A DNA stretch of 64,000 nt, from the NCBI GenBank assembly GCA_965230295.1, contig OZ246001.1:640001-704000 (forward strand), read 5' to 3'. Under the pieces are notes generated by a model that was given only the letters and a program-made list of their open reading frames with translations, was not told the origin of the DNA and made no database searches. Shown one piece after another: positions 48,938-60,191 of this stretch. Both the position numbers and the translations under genes were made by a program. Within the stretch, counting starts at the first letter, position 1. Every line of letters begins with the position of its first letter. This DNA comes from Marinicella sp. (GTDB lineage: Bacteria; Pseudomonadota; Gammaproteobacteria; Xanthomonadales; Marinicellaceae).

Positions 48938-49057
48938 TCGCGCTTTCATCATTGAGCGCTCAAACGCAACACCCAACAGCCCGCACTGAATAAAGTCATT
49001 CGATGGCTCGATCAAATAACTTAAGTTACAATAACATCAGTTTTCACCTTAAAACAC

Positions 49058-50923
49058 ATGGACTTAAAGGTCATTCAATTTACTTTCATTGCCATTCTAT
49101 TGGTCAGCATATCTGACCTCAACGCCCAAGACATCCCTGAACCATACCAACAACTGGACCAACTCATCAGCAGCGACCCCCAGGCGGCGTTACAACAATT
49201 GGTTGCCATAGAAATCGATGAAGCCGATCCCACTGAGACTGCCATTCACCATTACACCTTAAGCCGGGCTTATATCAGCTTGGTCTACCCTGACAAAGCA
49301 CTGGAAGCGGCCAATCTGGCCATGTCCCTGTTGCCAGAAGATCGCCCTGAAAAATTGTATTACCGCATCTTGATGACCCAAACCCAAGCCATGGAAATCA
49401 GCGGTCTGGCTGCAGAGGCGCTACCCATGGCCAAACAAGCCGTTACCTGGACTGAACGAGCCGGCGATATGGAAATGCTGATAGATGCCCTGATAGGCTT
49501 GGGCTACATTGAAAACAGCTTAGGCAATTCTGTTGGGGCATTAAGCGCTTTTTTGCAAGCCTACAACACAGCCCCTGATTCCGGTATCAGTAATTCCAAA
49601 AGTGCAGTGGCCAGCAGTGTTGCTTTGGTGTACGAATACCGCAAAGAATTTGACTTGGCCATCCCTTATTTTCAAGAATCAGTGGACCACCAACGCCAAC
49701 AGAATAACTTATTGGAGCTGTCAATTTCGCTGTATGGCTTGGGCCGAGCCAACAAAAACATTGGGAAACTCGAACTGGGGCATTCCCAACTGCAAGAATC
49801 ATTAGATATCTCAAGGCAGATTGGTGACCACCAGGGTGTTGCCTATGCATTGAAAGAAATGGTGCCCATAGCCATCAATGCCAATGAGTTAGGTTCCGCT
49901 GAAGACATGTTAAATGAAGCCATTGCACTGTTTGAACAAAGCCAAAATCACTACATGCTGTTGGATGTTTATAAGACCATGGCCGTCTTGCAGCTGAAAA
50001 AAGGCCATTCAGACACCGCTCAAGCCAACCTGAACCTGGCCAGAGAGCATGTTAACCAAACGCGGATGCCTAGCCAGTCTCTTGCTCTGGATGAAGTAGA
50101 AACCATGATCATGGCCGCCCGAGGAGAACATGCCAACGCCTACAACAAGCTGACCGAGGTGATGCACAAAAAACAAAAGCTGCTTTCTGGCCAAAGTACA
50201 CGCCAACTGCATGAACTCAGAACCCAGGCAGAACTGGAAAGCAAAGAACAGGCCAATTTATTATTGAGTCAGGAAAACGAGAACCAGAAACTATTGTTGA
50301 AACAAGAAGAGCAGCAAAACCAGATTCTATTGATCAGCTTGCTCACCGCTTTGTTGATAGCCATCATTCTGATCATGGCTGCTTTGCAAAACCGAAAACA
50401 AAAAAGAAAATTATTCCAACTGGCAAACTTTGACCCATTAACCCAGTTACCCAATCGTGCTCACACATTAGATAAATTAAGCACAGAGCAAAGCCTATTG
50501 CATTCAAACGAAGACATGTTGATCGCCATGCTTGACCTTGATCACTTTAAACAAGTCAACGACCAACTGGGCCACGAAGCTGGTGACCAGGTTTTGAAAC
50601 AAATGGGCGAGTTGTGTAGAGAACTGATACACCCTCCTCACTTTGTTGGGCGTTTGGGTGGCGAGGAATTTTTACTGGCATTATTCAACACCAGCCTGAC
50701 TGAGGCTGAAGCCTTGATAGACCAAATGAGGGCAAAATACCAAAGCCTGTTCAAGGATTTACTCAATGATTGCGGAGCAGGCCGGCTGCAGATGGGGTTT
50801 TCTGCAGGCATCACTCAATGCCATCGCAATGACACCCTTAAAACCTGTATCAAAGCAGCTGACATGGCCATGTATGAAGCCAAGAATACCGGCAGAAATC
50901 GAACACTCACCGCTTCACACTGA
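49058..50923 (+). CDS. TPR-containing membrane diguanylate cyclase
   Basis: Signal peptide, TPR-like helices, TM, DLDHFKQVND.LGH, RLGGEEF. Confidence 0.9.
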   Translation: MDLKVIQFTFIAILLVSISDLNAQDIPEPYQQLDQLISSDPQAALQQLVAIEIDEADPTETAIHHYTLSRAYISLVYPDKALEAANLAMSLLPEDRPEKLYYRILMTQTQAMEISGLAAEALPMAKQAVTWTERAGDMEMLIDALIGLGYIENSLGNSVGALSAFLQAYNTAPDSGISNSKSAVASSVALVYEYRKEFDLAIPYFQESVDHQRQQNNLLELSISLYGLGRANKNIGKLELGHSQLQESLDISRQIGDHQGVAYALKEMVPIAINANELGSAEDMLNEAIALFEQSQNHYMLLDVYKTMAVLQLKKGHSDTAQANLNLAREHVNQTRMPSQSLALDEVETMIMAARGEHANAYNKLTEVMHKKQKLLSGQSTRQLHELRTQAELESKEQANLLLSQENENQKLLLKQEEQQNQILLISLLTALLIAIILIMAALQNRKQKRKLFQLANFDPLTQLPNRAHTLDKLSTEQSLLHSNEDMLIAMLDLDHFKQVNDQLGHEAGDQVLKQMGELCRELIHPPHFVGRLGGEEFLLALFNTSLTEAEALIDQMRAKYQSLFKDLLNDCGAGRLQMGFSAGITQCHRNDTLKTCIKAADMAMYEAKNTGRNRTLTASH

Positions 50924-50949
50924 GCAAAACTGACTGACAGGAAAATCAA

Positions 50950-50970
50950 GGTGCCCACATAATGAGCACC
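50950..50970. terminator. hairpin between convergent cyclase and icd genes
   Basis: GGTGCCCA-cataa-TGAGCACC imperfect stem. Confidence 0.35.
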
Positions 50971-50984
50971 TCAGTATGATTTAA

Positions 50985-53207
50985 TTAAATTGAATCAATG
51001 ATTTTATTGAATGTTTCACTGGGTCGCATCGCTGTTTCAGCCATGGCATCATTGGGTTCAAAATAACCACCAATCTCGACCGGCGAACCTTGTGCGTCAA
51101 TCAATTCCTGCTGAATTTTATCTTCGTTACTTTGCAATTGATCAAAAACAGAACTGAAATTGGCTTTCAATTGGGCATCATCATCCTGACGAGACAGGGC
51201 TTTGGCCCAATACTTAACCAGGTAATACTGCGAACCCCGGTTGTCAATCTCATTGACTTTTCTGGATGGTGCCTTGTTGTGCATCAGATAACGCTGATTG
51301 GCATCATCCAAAGCTTCGGCCAAAACCTTGGCTTGTTGGTTGTTGGTTTTTTCAGCCAAGTCTTCCAAAGAAACTGCCAGTGCCAAAAATTCACCCAAGG
51401 AATCCCAGCGTAAATGCCCCTCTTCAACAAACTGCTGAACGTGCTTGGGCGCCGATCCGCCTGCACCGGTTTCAAACAAACCGCCACCCGCCAATAACGG
51501 TACGATGGACAACATTTTGGCGCTGGTGCCCAGCTCCAAGATCGGAAACAAATCCGTCAGGTAATCTCGCAACACATTGCCAGTCACTGAGATGGTATCC
51601 AGACCAGCAGTGACACGCTCACAGGTGTAACGCATGGCAGCCCGGGGGTTCATCACTTTGATTTCTAAACCATCGGTGTCGTGGTCTTGTAGGTAAGTAT
51701 TGACCTTTTCAATCAAATTGCGGTCATGTGCACGGTTTTCATCCAACCAGAATATCGCGGCTGAGCCTGTGTTTTTGGCCCTGGTCACAGCCAGTTTAAC
51801 CCAGTCACGAATCGGCAAATCTTTGGTTTGACAAGCACGCCAAATGTCACCCACTTCGACATCATGTTGCATCAGGATCTCACCGACTGCATTGACCACT
51901 CGCATCATGCCTGCTTTTGACACTTCAAAAGTTTTGTCGTGTGAACCATACTCTTCAGCTTTTTGTGCCATCAATCCCACATTACAAACATTGCCCATGC
52001 TGACCACATCAAAAGCACCGTTTTCCTGGCAATATTCAATGATTTCCTGGTAAATGCCTGCATAACTGCGATCAGGGATGATGGCCAAAGTATCTTGCAA
52101 CTTACCTTCAGCGTTCCACATTTGGGCAGATGACTTGATGGCGGCAGGCATCGAAGCATCAATGATGACATTGTTAGGCACATGTAAATTAGTGATGCCT
52201 TTGTCGGAGTCAACCATGGCCAAAGCAGGTTGTGATGCATAACAAGCCTCGATATCGGCTTTGATTTCAGCTTGCTTGGCAGCAGGTAAATCTTGTATTT
52301 TGTTATAGACACTGCCAATGCCATTATTGACCTCTACCCCAATTTCCTCAAACAAGTCAGCATGTTTCTTGAACACATCAGCATAGTAGACTTCAACCGC
52401 ATGACCAAACATGATGGGATCAGACACCTTCATCATGGTGGCTTTGAGGTGCAATGAAAGCAACAAATCAGAAGATTTCGCTGATTTGATGGCTTTGTCG
52501 AAGAAGCTTCTTAAAGCAGTGACACTCATGCAAGATGAGTCGATGACTTCATGGGCCTGTAATTGCAAACCTGATTTCATCACCGTAACCTGGCCACTTT
52601 CATCCACATGTTCGATGCGCACTTCGCCAGCGGCTGGCATCACATAAGACTGCTCACTGCCATAAAAATCATTGGCCTCCATATGCGCCACACGGGTTTT
52701 GGAGTCTTTGGCGATGGCACCCAATCGATGTGGGTTTTCCTTGGCATAGGCTTTAACGGCTGCTGCCACTCGGCGATCAGAATTGCCTTCACGCAAGACC
52801 GGGTTTACGGCACTGCCCAATACTTTGGCATACCTGTTTTGAATGTCCTGCTCAGCATCGTTGGCAGATTCTTCAGGGTAATCAGGTAAATCATAACCAT
52901 GGCCTTGTAATTCTTTGATAGCGGCATTCAACTGAGGAATCGAAGCTGAAATATTAGGTAATTTGATGATGTTGGCAGCTGGTGTTTTGGCCAACTCCCC
53001 CAACTCAGAAAGGGCATCTTCAACCCGCTGTTCGGCTTTTAACCGATCTGAAAACTGTGCCAAAATACGGCTGGCCAATGAAATGTCTTTGGTTTCAACC
53101 TCAACACCAGCTTGAGAGGCAAATTTTTGTACGATGGGTAAAAAAGAATAAGTCGCCAAGGCTGGCGCCTCATCTGTGATGGTGTAGATGATGGTCTGTT
53201 TTGTCAT
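50985..53207 (-). CDS. icd: monomeric NADP-dependent isocitrate dehydrogenase
   Basis: [49 protein letters not shown]. Confidence 0.97.
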   Translation of the reverse strand: MTKQTIIYTITDEAPALATYSFLPIVQKFASQAGVEVETKDISLASRILAQFSDRLKAEQRVEDALSELGELAKTPAANIIKLPNISASIPQLNAAIKELQGHGYDLPDYPEESANDAEQDIQNRYAKVLGSAVNPVLREGNSDRRVAAAVKAYAKENPHRLGAIAKDSKTRVAHMEANDFYGSEQSYVMPAAGEVRIEHVDESGQVTVMKSGLQLQAHEVIDSSCMSVTALRSFFDKAIKSAKSSDLLLSLHLKATMMKVSDPIMFGHAVEVYYADVFKKHADLFEEIGVEVNNGIGSVYNKIQDLPAAKQAEIKADIEACYASQPALAMVDSDKGITNLHVPNNVIIDASMPAAIKSSAQMWNAEGKLQDTLAIIPDRSYAGIYQEIIEYCQENGAFDVVSMGNVCNVGLMAQKAEEYGSHDKTFEVSKAGMMRVVNAVGEILMQHDVEVGDIWRACQTKDLPIRDWVKLAVTRAKNTGSAAIFWLDENRAHDRNLIEKVNTYLQDHDTDGLEIKVMNPRAAMRYTCERVTAGLDTISVTGNVLRDYLTDLFPILELGTSAKMLSIVPLLAGGGLFETGAGGSAPKHVQQFVEEGHLRWDSLGEFLALAVSLEDLAEKTNNQQAKVLAEALDDANQRYLMHNKAPSRKVNEIDNRGSQYYLVKYWAKALSRQDDDAQLKANFSSVFDQLQSNEDKIQQELIDAQGSPVEIGGYFEPNDAMAETAMRPSETFNKIIDSI

Positions 53208-53358
53208 GTCCGCTCCAGTATTTTTAATATGGCCCATAATCATCCAGACCTGGGTGCCAGAAATTTCGGAGCGGATTATAACAAATCAGACCTGTGAATA
53301 CACGGCATCACTGGAACTATATCCAATAATCTCTACCTTGTTATGTATCAGGCATCAA

Positions 53359-54738
53359 TCACTGAAATCCATCAGCAAAAATCAGGTCATCCTGAGACTT
53401 GATTCTGATGGCAAAGCCATTGGTTACCTGGTTAATCACTTCAACTTCATAACCATCAATCGGGTCAACAAAGGTCTCACCGACTTTCCACATCACCCCT
53501 TCAGTATCGGCATAATTGGCGGCAGGAGCATCGCCATCGACCACCCAAGGCGGTTCGTTTCTTCCCGTATCCACATGATGAATAATCACCGCTGTATCAA
53601 CAATGTTACTCTCATACTGACCTGATGCTTGTCTGGATTCAATCACATAAAAGGTTCCGTCACTCAAGGGTATGCGGGCAAATTTATAATTGATGAAGGC
53701 GGTTGAAGCGGTCCAATTAACGATCAAAACTTCATCGGTGCTGCTGTTAGCAATGAAACCATCGGAATCATCCACCCAACCCAAGTTGTGTTTAAAATGC
53801 ATGTTGATGTGTTTACCCAAGCGGCCATAGACACTATCGTTTACTGCATAACCAGTGGCTGAACTCATCACATCCCAGGGGCTGTCATAGGGGTTGTCGT
53901 CACCGTCAGAGTTGTTGGCATGCGGCAGACCAAATCCATGCCCCATTTCATGGGCAATCACCCCCTCATTAGCAAATGCCCAGGGAGGATTCCAAGTTGT
54001 ACGCCATAATTTCTGCAAACCATCCAAATTGGCAAAACGACCGCCGCCCCAGGCGCAACAGTCCAACACATCATTGAACATCATGTTGATACCAACAAAG
54101 CTGCTGCCATTGGCACCCGTGGCAAAGTTCACCAAGGGGTCAGCCGCATCGGTGCAATCATCAAACAACAAGTCAAGATCAGAATCAAAATTAGACCCCG
54201 GGTTTGGAATGTAGGTGGTTTGTGGACTGGGTAAATCCACCCAATCAATGGCCAAAGAACCTACCACATTGATTTTATTAAAAGAAACTTCACGCCAATA
54301 ATGATCCAAACCAGCCGGTTGGTTGGCATACATGTTTTGAAAAAACGAGAGGTTTTCAGGCTCAGCATTTTTGTCACTGAACTTACATAAAATCGACACC
54401 CAGGGTTGCGGACCAGTAACACCGCCGACCCCTCGGCTGACTCCTTCAAGCAACTCCAACGCCTGTAATTTATTCTCACGACCATCAAACATTGGCGGGT
54501 GCTTGAGTGTTGCCGAAACCTTCAAACCAGCCCATTCTCTGATTGGCATGCGCTGCTCAAAAGCTGAACTTAAACTGAGCGGAATTTTATGGGTTTCAGT
54601 TTGGATAAAATACCGTTGGTGGTATTGTTCAGATGGTGGCTTGGCATCACCGATTTCATACACCAACACACCTTCTATTTTGTCAGCGTGGACCCAGCTG
54701 CTGATTGAAACAAGACACAATACCCATAGTAACTTCAT
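53359..54738 (-). CDS. secreted metzincin-type metalloprotease (M6/M11-like) with C-terminal DDLIFADGFQ
   Basis: Signal peptide; HEMGHGFGLPH (HExxHxxGxxH); Met-turn-like WDVMS. Confidence 0.85.
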   Translation of the reverse strand: MKLLWVLCLVSISSWVHADKIEGVLVYEIGDAKPPSEQYHQRYFIQTETHKIPLSLSSAFEQRMPIREWAGLKVSATLKHPPMFDGRENKLQALELLEGVSRGVGGVTGPQPWVSILCKFSDKNAEPENLSFFQNMYANQPAGLDHYWREVSFNKINVVGSLAIDWVDLPSPQTTYIPNPGSNFDSDLDLLFDDCTDAADPLVNFATGANGSSFVGINMMFNDVLDCCAWGGGRFANLDGLQKLWRTTWNPPWAFANEGVIAHEMGHGFGLPHANNSDGDDNPYDSPWDVMSSATGYAVNDSVYGRLGKHINMHFKHNLGWVDDSDGFIANSSTDEVLIVNWTASTAFINYKFARIPLSDGTFYVIESRQASGQYESNIVDTAVIIHHVDTGRNEPPWVVDGDAPAANYADTEGVMWKVGETFVDPIDGYEVEVINQVTNGFAIRIKSQDDLIFADGFQ

Positions 54739-54829
54739 AACCGTAAAACCTTTTTGTTAAACAAGTCATTGATTCTAAAGGTAAGAACCAGATTTGTATC
54801 TATTTTTCAAGCAAAACAGTCTGACAATT

Positions 54830-55609
54830 TCACGATCTGTGAACTGACAACAAATTTCTCAAGATATTTTTCCATAATTGACGCAATATTTCACTCTTTG
54901 TCGATAATGACAAGTCAGGATCAAGATAACAAGACTTGGCATGTTCCAGTTGAATGGCGTGAACATGCTGATGAGGCCGCCCGTAGTGGCGTGTGATGTG
55001 ACCACCCTTGAATCGCCCATTGACGACATGACTGAATTCAGATTGTGCAGTCAGCATCTCATTAACCAGATGCTCGTATTCAGCCGCACAACTTTGGCCA
55101 GAAAATGTACCGACATTGATGTCCGGCAAGTGACCCTCAAAAAATCTGGGCACTTCATCATCGATGCTGTGGGCATCGATCAATAAACAATACCCATGGT
55201 TTTGAACCGCAGTCTGAATCATGGCATTCAGCTGGTCATGATAAGGCTGCCAATACAACTCGATGCGGCGGTTAACCTCTGTTTGATCAGGCTCCTTACC
55301 TGCTTGATATATGGTTTGAAAATCAAAAGTACTGGTGGGACACAACTCTGTTTCAGCTTGGTTGCTGTATAAAGCTTCACCAGAGGCTGGCCGGTTCAAG
55401 TCGATCAAGTGCCGGGAATAATTGGCCGATATTTTCGAATATTTGAGGTCTGTGAACTCGAACACTGGATCGATCAAATAATCCCGATCTGTTGACTCAA
55501 GAATCCCGGGCTTCATGGTAACCAACACCTCATCCGGTATCAGTGCACCATCATGTGGCACACTGATCACCAATGGTGAGTCTGCCTGAATCAGCTCAAA
55601 GATGGACAT
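54830..55609 (-). CDS. hutG: N-formylglutamate deformylase
   Basis: SVPHDG, IDLNR, YWQPYH, DAHSI, NGRFKGGHITRHYG, AIQLE. Confidence 0.93.
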   Translation of the reverse strand: MSIFELIQADSPLVISVPHDGALIPDEVLVTMKPGILESTDRDYLIDPVFEFTDLKYSKISANYSRHLIDLNRPASGEALYSNQAETELCPTSTFDFQTIYQAGKEPDQTEVNRRIELYWQPYHDQLNAMIQTAVQNHGYCLLIDAHSIDDEVPRFFEGHLPDINVGTFSGQSCAAEYEHLVNEMLTAQSEFSHVVNGRFKGGHITRHYGRPHQHVHAIQLEHAKSCYLDPDLSLSTKSEILRQLWKNILRNLLSVHRS

Positions 55610-57120
55610 AAGGCTGGCAGGTATTTATTCAATTCCCCGGAAATCACCAATTGTTGCATGTGATTGATGTCAGGGGACAACAAACGATCCTGGGCCAAAA
55701 AGGGTACGTCCTCACGAACTTTTTCATACACCGCAAACAACGATTGAGAGGTTTTTAGGTTGTCATGAAAATCAATACTTTGGCAGGCTGCCATCATTTC
55801 AATACCCACCACTGCAGCCGAGTTTTCTGCCAAGTCAGTGAGCTTCCTGCCCGCAAAGGTCGCCATACTGACATGATCTTCCTGATTGGCTGAGGTTGGG
55901 ATCGTGTCGACACTGGCTGGATGTGCCAAGGTTTTGTTTTCAGAAGCCAAGGCGGCGGCTGTCACATGGGCAATCATAAAGCCTGAGTTGACTCCAGAAT
56001 CTGGTACCAGGAAAGCAGGCAGGCGACTCAAAGCCGGATCAATCAACATTGCCATGCGACGCTCTGACATGTTGACCATATCCGTCATGCCAATGCCTAA
56101 AAAGTCAGCCACCAAGGCCACTGGTTCAGCATGAAAATTTCCACCAGAGAGCACATCACCCTGTTCAGCAAACACCAATGGATTGTCGGTCGCCGCATTG
56201 GCTTCAATCAATAATTTTTCAGACACGTAATTAATGGTGTCCAGAACGGCACCCATGACTTGTGGCTGACAACGCAAGCAATACGGATCCTGAACCCGAT
56301 CACAATCCTCATGAGAGACCACAATCTCACTGCCTTTAAGCAAACCCCGAATGGCTCTGGCAACCTGGATCTGACCCGTTTGTCGACGCGCCTGGTGGAT
56401 GCGCTCATCAAATGGCGCCAATGATCCTTTGGCCGCATCAATTGATAAGGCACCAGCCAACACGGCTGCATTGAAACAGTTTTCCGCCAGAAACAAACCT
56501 TTCAGTGCCAAGGCTGTGGATACTTGCGTTCCATTGAGCAAAGCCAAACCTTCTTTGGGGCCCAATTTAATGGGTTGTAAACCCGCTTGATTCAAAGCAT
56601 CCATCGCTGGCATCACTTGATCCTGATAGCTCGCTTCACCCAAACCAATCATGACCGCGGTTAAATGAGCCAACGGTGACAAGTCTCCTGAAGCACCCAC
56701 AGAACCTTTTTCAGGTATGATGGGGTAAATTTCGTGATTGATCATGTCTAACAACAACGACAAGGTTTTGGGGTGGATGCCTGACACACCTTGTGACAAA
56801 CTCATGGCTTTGAGCGCCATGATTAATCGAGTGGTGTTGGTATCAATCGGATCACCCACGCCCACTGCGTGTGAAATCACCAAATTTCGCTGCAGTGTGT
56901 CCAATTCATCTTTGGCAATTTTCACATTGGCCAGTAAGCCAAAACCTGTATTCACGCCATAGACTGTGCTTTCTGATGCCGCCACATCTTCGATGGTCTT
57001 TCGTGACTTGATCACACCTTGAAGCATGTGATCATCGACAGTTATCCGGGTGGCTTGTTGCCAGATTTGTCGCAGGTCATGTAATGTAAACCCCTCATGG
57101 GTGATGGTAAATGTCATCAT
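55591..57120 (-). CDS. hutH: histidine ammonia-lyase
   Basis: [14 protein letters not shown] (MIO), [15 protein letters not shown]. Confidence 0.96.
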   Translation of the reverse strand: MMTFTITHEGFTLHDLRQIWQQATRITVDDHMLQGVIKSRKTIEDVAASESTVYGVNTGFGLLANVKIAKDELDTLQRNLVISHAVGVGDPIDTNTTRLIMALKAMSLSQGVSGIHPKTLSLLLDMINHEIYPIIPEKGSVGASGDLSPLAHLTAVMIGLGEASYQDQVMPAMDALNQAGLQPIKLGPKEGLALLNGTQVSTALALKGLFLAENCFNAAVLAGALSIDAAKGSLAPFDERIHQARRQTGQIQVARAIRGLLKGSEIVVSHEDCDRVQDPYCLRCQPQVMGAVLDTINYVSEKLLIEANAATDNPLVFAEQGDVLSGGNFHAEPVALVADFLGIGMTDMVNMSERRMAMLIDPALSRLPAFLVPDSGVNSGFMIAHVTAAALASENKTLAHPASVDTIPTSANQEDHVSMATFAGRKLTDLAENSAAVVGIEMMAACQSIDFHDNLKTSQSLFAVYEKVREDVPFLAQDRLLSPDINHMQQLVISGELNKYLPALCPSLS

Positions 57121-58802
57121 TGCTGCCCCCCTTTGCGGTTAATCATGGGTAAATTCAATCCATGCTCTTCGGCACAGTTGATCGCGATGTCATAACCCGC
57201 ATCGGCGTGACGCATGACGCCGGTTGCCGGATCATTCCACAACACCCGACCAATTCGCTCGGCCGCGGCATCCGTCCCGTCACAACAGATCACCACACCT
57301 GAATGCTGTGAATACCCCATACCCACACCGCCACCATGATGCAGTGACACCCAAGTGGCACCACTGGCTGTATTCAACAAGGCATTGAGCAAAGGCCAGT
57401 CAGAAACGGCGTCTGAACCATCTGCCATGCTTTCCGTTTCTCGATTGGGTGAGGCCACTGAACCAGAATCCAAATGATCGCGACCAATCACCACCGGTGC
57501 TTTCAGTTCTCCGGATTTGACCATTTCATTGAACGCCAGACCTAGTTTATGCCGCTGTCCCAAACCCACCCAACAGATTCTGGCTGGTAAGCCTTGGAAC
57601 TGAATGCGCTCTCTGGCCATGTCCAGCCAATTGTGTAAGTGTGGATCATCTGGAATCAATTCTTTCACTTTGGCATCGGTTTTGTAGATGTCTTCAGGAT
57701 CTCCGGATAAGGCCGCCCAACGGAAAGGTCCCACGCCTCGACAAAACAAAGGCCTCACATATGCGGGTACAAAGCCAGGAAAAGCAAAAGCATCCTCAAC
57801 CCCGACATTGAAGGCCTCTTGGCGGATGTTGTTGCCATAATCTACAGTTGGTATACCCAAAGCATGAAAGTCCAACATGGCTTGTACTTGAACCGCCATA
57901 GATGCCCTTGCAGCTTTGGCCACGCCTTTGGGATCGGTTTTGGCAGATGCGCGCCATTGTTCAACACTCCACCCCTGCGGCAAATAACCATTCACCGGAT
58001 CGTGTGCAGAGGTTTGATCGGTGACCAAATCCGGCCTGATGCCCTGTTGATACATGTCAGCAAACACATCTGCTGCATTACCCAAGAGACCGATTGACAC
58101 GGCCTTTCCGGCATCATTGGCTTGGTTCAACAGAGACATGGCTTCTTCAATTGAGTGGGCTTTTTTATCTACATAACCCGTTTTCAAACGGAAATCTATG
58201 CGGGTCTCATCACACTCTACAGCGATCATGCCATAACCTGCCATGGTTGCCGCCAAGGGTTGTGCACCGCCCATGCCTCCCAAACCTCCTGTCAATATCC
58301 ATTTACCTGCCGTTTGACCATCAAAATGTTGACGGCCAGCTTCAACAAATGTTTCATAGGTGCCTTGAACTATGCCTTGTGAACCAATATAAATCCAGGA
58401 CCCGGCGGTCATTTGCCCATACATCATCAAGCCCTTTTTATCCAACTCATTGAAATGATCCCAATGGGCCCAGTTGGGTACCAAATTAGAGTTAGCGATC
58501 AAAACCCGTGGTGCATCTTCATGGGTTCTGAACACCCCTACTGGCTTACCCGATTGAACCAACAGGGTTTCATTGGCCTGCAACTTTTTAAGTGCTGCCA
58601 CAATGGCATCAAAACAGGCCCAGTTACGGGCCGCTTTTCCAATGCCACCGTAGACCACCAAATCCTCCGGTCGCTCTGCCACCACAGGGTCTAAGTTGTT
58701 CATCAACATGCGCAACGGCGCTTCAGTTAACCAAGACTGGGCATTGAGCTCAGTGCCTATGGGCGCTTTGACCACCCGATTGTTGTTATCCTTTGTTGTC
58801 AT
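57117..58802 (-). CDS. hutU: urocanate hydratase
   Basis: [32 protein letters not shown]. Confidence 0.98.
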   Translation of the reverse strand: MTTKDNNNRVVKAPIGTELNAQSWLTEAPLRMLMNNLDPVVAERPEDLVVYGGIGKAARNWACFDAIVAALKKLQANETLLVQSGKPVGVFRTHEDAPRVLIANSNLVPNWAHWDHFNELDKKGLMMYGQMTAGSWIYIGSQGIVQGTYETFVEAGRQHFDGQTAGKWILTGGLGGMGGAQPLAATMAGYGMIAVECDETRIDFRLKTGYVDKKAHSIEEAMSLLNQANDAGKAVSIGLLGNAADVFADMYQQGIRPDLVTDQTSAHDPVNGYLPQGWSVEQWRASAKTDPKGVAKAARASMAVQVQAMLDFHALGIPTVDYGNNIRQEAFNVGVEDAFAFPGFVPAYVRPLFCRGVGPFRWAALSGDPEDIYKTDAKVKELIPDDPHLHNWLDMARERIQFQGLPARICWVGLGQRHKLGLAFNEMVKSGELKAPVVIGRDHLDSGSVASPNRETESMADGSDAVSDWPLLNALLNTASGATWVSLHHGGGVGMGYSQHSGVVICCDGTDAAAERIGRVLWNDPATGVMRHADAGYDIAINCAEEHGLNLPMINRKGGQQ

Positions 58803-58830
58803 GATGTCGTACCAATATGTTTGTCTGATG

Positions 58831-59295
58831 TTATTTCTTTTGAGATTCTTTGGCCGCTTGAAAACGGGCCAATAAATCTCGCTGTTTTAAGCTTTTGATT
58901 GCAGCTGTTAATACCGCATACAGATCAGTGTCAATTTCAGCCGATAGATCTGCATACACTTGGTGCAATGAATTTTCATTCAATAACTGTGCTTGCGTCA
59001 TACCCAAAGGCGTTAATCGATACAGCATCCTGCGCCTGTCATCTGGATCATTTCTCACATCAATCAGGTCCAGCTTCAACAACCTGGGTAACTTTTGTTT
59101 AACCAATTGATGCGATTGTCTCAAAGCTTTGGCCAATTCAGTCACCGATGCCTGATCGACAGTAAAGAGTGTATGGATGATAGAACAGGATTTCACCGGC
59201 ACTATGATACCCAGTGATTGATAAATCGGTTTGATTTGTTCGCTGATCAAATTTCCCAAATCATCAGCCTGCTTACCGATGAAGGAACGTGTCAT
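58831..59295 (-). CDS. MarR family transcriptional regulator
   Basis: [17 protein letters not shown]...LT..G wing; start moved to MTRSFI. Confidence 0.85.
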   Translation of the reverse strand: MTRSFIGKQADDLGNLISEQIKPIYQSLGIIVPVKSCSIIHTLFTVDQASVTELAKALRQSHQLVKQKLPRLLKLDLIDVRNDPDDRRRMLYRLTPLGMTQAQLLNENSLHQVYADLSAEIDTDLYAVLTAAIKSLKQRDLLARFQAAKESQKK

Positions 59296-59438
59296 GAATT
59301 GAATGTTCGAGTCTTTGATCATGCTTTTATGCAATATGTTGCGCAATATGTTGTCTATTCTCCCATTGCCATTGGCTCTTGTCAACGAAATGCGCTTGTT
59401 ATTCTTCAATGTTGTATTATTTTAGGTGATTTTATTGT

Positions 59439-59457
59439 AATGAGAATGATTATCATT
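59439..59457. promoter_or_regulatory. Fur box
   Basis: AATGAGAATGATTATCATT; core TGAGAAT-G-ATTATCA has one mismatch to the 7-1-7 TGATAAT-N-ATTATCA consensus. Confidence 0.75.
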
Positions 59458-59482
59458 TATATTTAGAACTTTAAACAAACCA

Positions 59483-60094
59483 ATGCTTATGACCTGGCAA
59501 ATTAATCTGATCAATGACTTTCGCTGTAGCGGAGAAACCTGTCTTGAATTAACACACCACCACCGTTATTGTCAGTTGCGCAATTGGTTTGGACCATTTG
59601 CTCAACGATTATTCAACAGCATAAAAGATCAATTATTGAGATCCAATGATGATTCCGTAATCCATCAAATTATTGTTGATAAGCAGTTTGCCCAATATTT
59701 ATTGGTTCAAGCCAGCTTCCTTCATCAACGCTGCATGCACCAATACCAGGTCCATCAAGACATTCATGACAAAGGCATCACCTACTCACATGAATTGGGC
59801 GAATTACTGCTGTATGTGCGCATGACTCCTCAACACCCAAGCCAACAAACTTTGGAGCATTTTATTGACACTCAGCTGGCATGGTGTGATGAAACAGAAC
59901 AAGCCATCCATACTTTACTGGAATCAAAGCTCATCCAAAAAATCAAATTCAATCAACAGACTTACTATGATAAGAACCCTTACCCTCACGACCACATACT
60001 GAATCTAGATACCAACATTTTATCCGACTATACAGGTCAAGAATACATGGGCTCAACTTCGCTACAAATCATTAACCACAACCAGACTTTTTAA
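59483..60094 (+). CDS. hypothetical protein with degenerate Fur/Irr-like C-terminal domain
   Basis: KGITYS...QHPS...LLESKLIQKI...YYDKNPYPHDHI resembles the Fur-family pattern. Confidence 0.55.
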   Translation: MLMTWQINLINDFRCSGETCLELTHHHRYCQLRNWFGPFAQRLFNSIKDQLLRSNDDSVIHQIIVDKQFAQYLLVQASFLHQRCMHQYQVHQDIHDKGITYSHELGELLLYVRMTPQHPSQQTLEHFIDTQLAWCDETEQAIHTLLESKLIQKIKFNQQTYYDKNPYPHDHILNLDTNILSDYTGQEYMGSTSLQIINHNQTF

Positions 60095-60191
60095 CCCCAA
60101 GTCATGACCAGTGTTTAATTTCAGTTCATTGCGCTCAAATCAATTGAAATTAATTTATTTAGATGTTAATCTAATTATCTATTTATATAAT

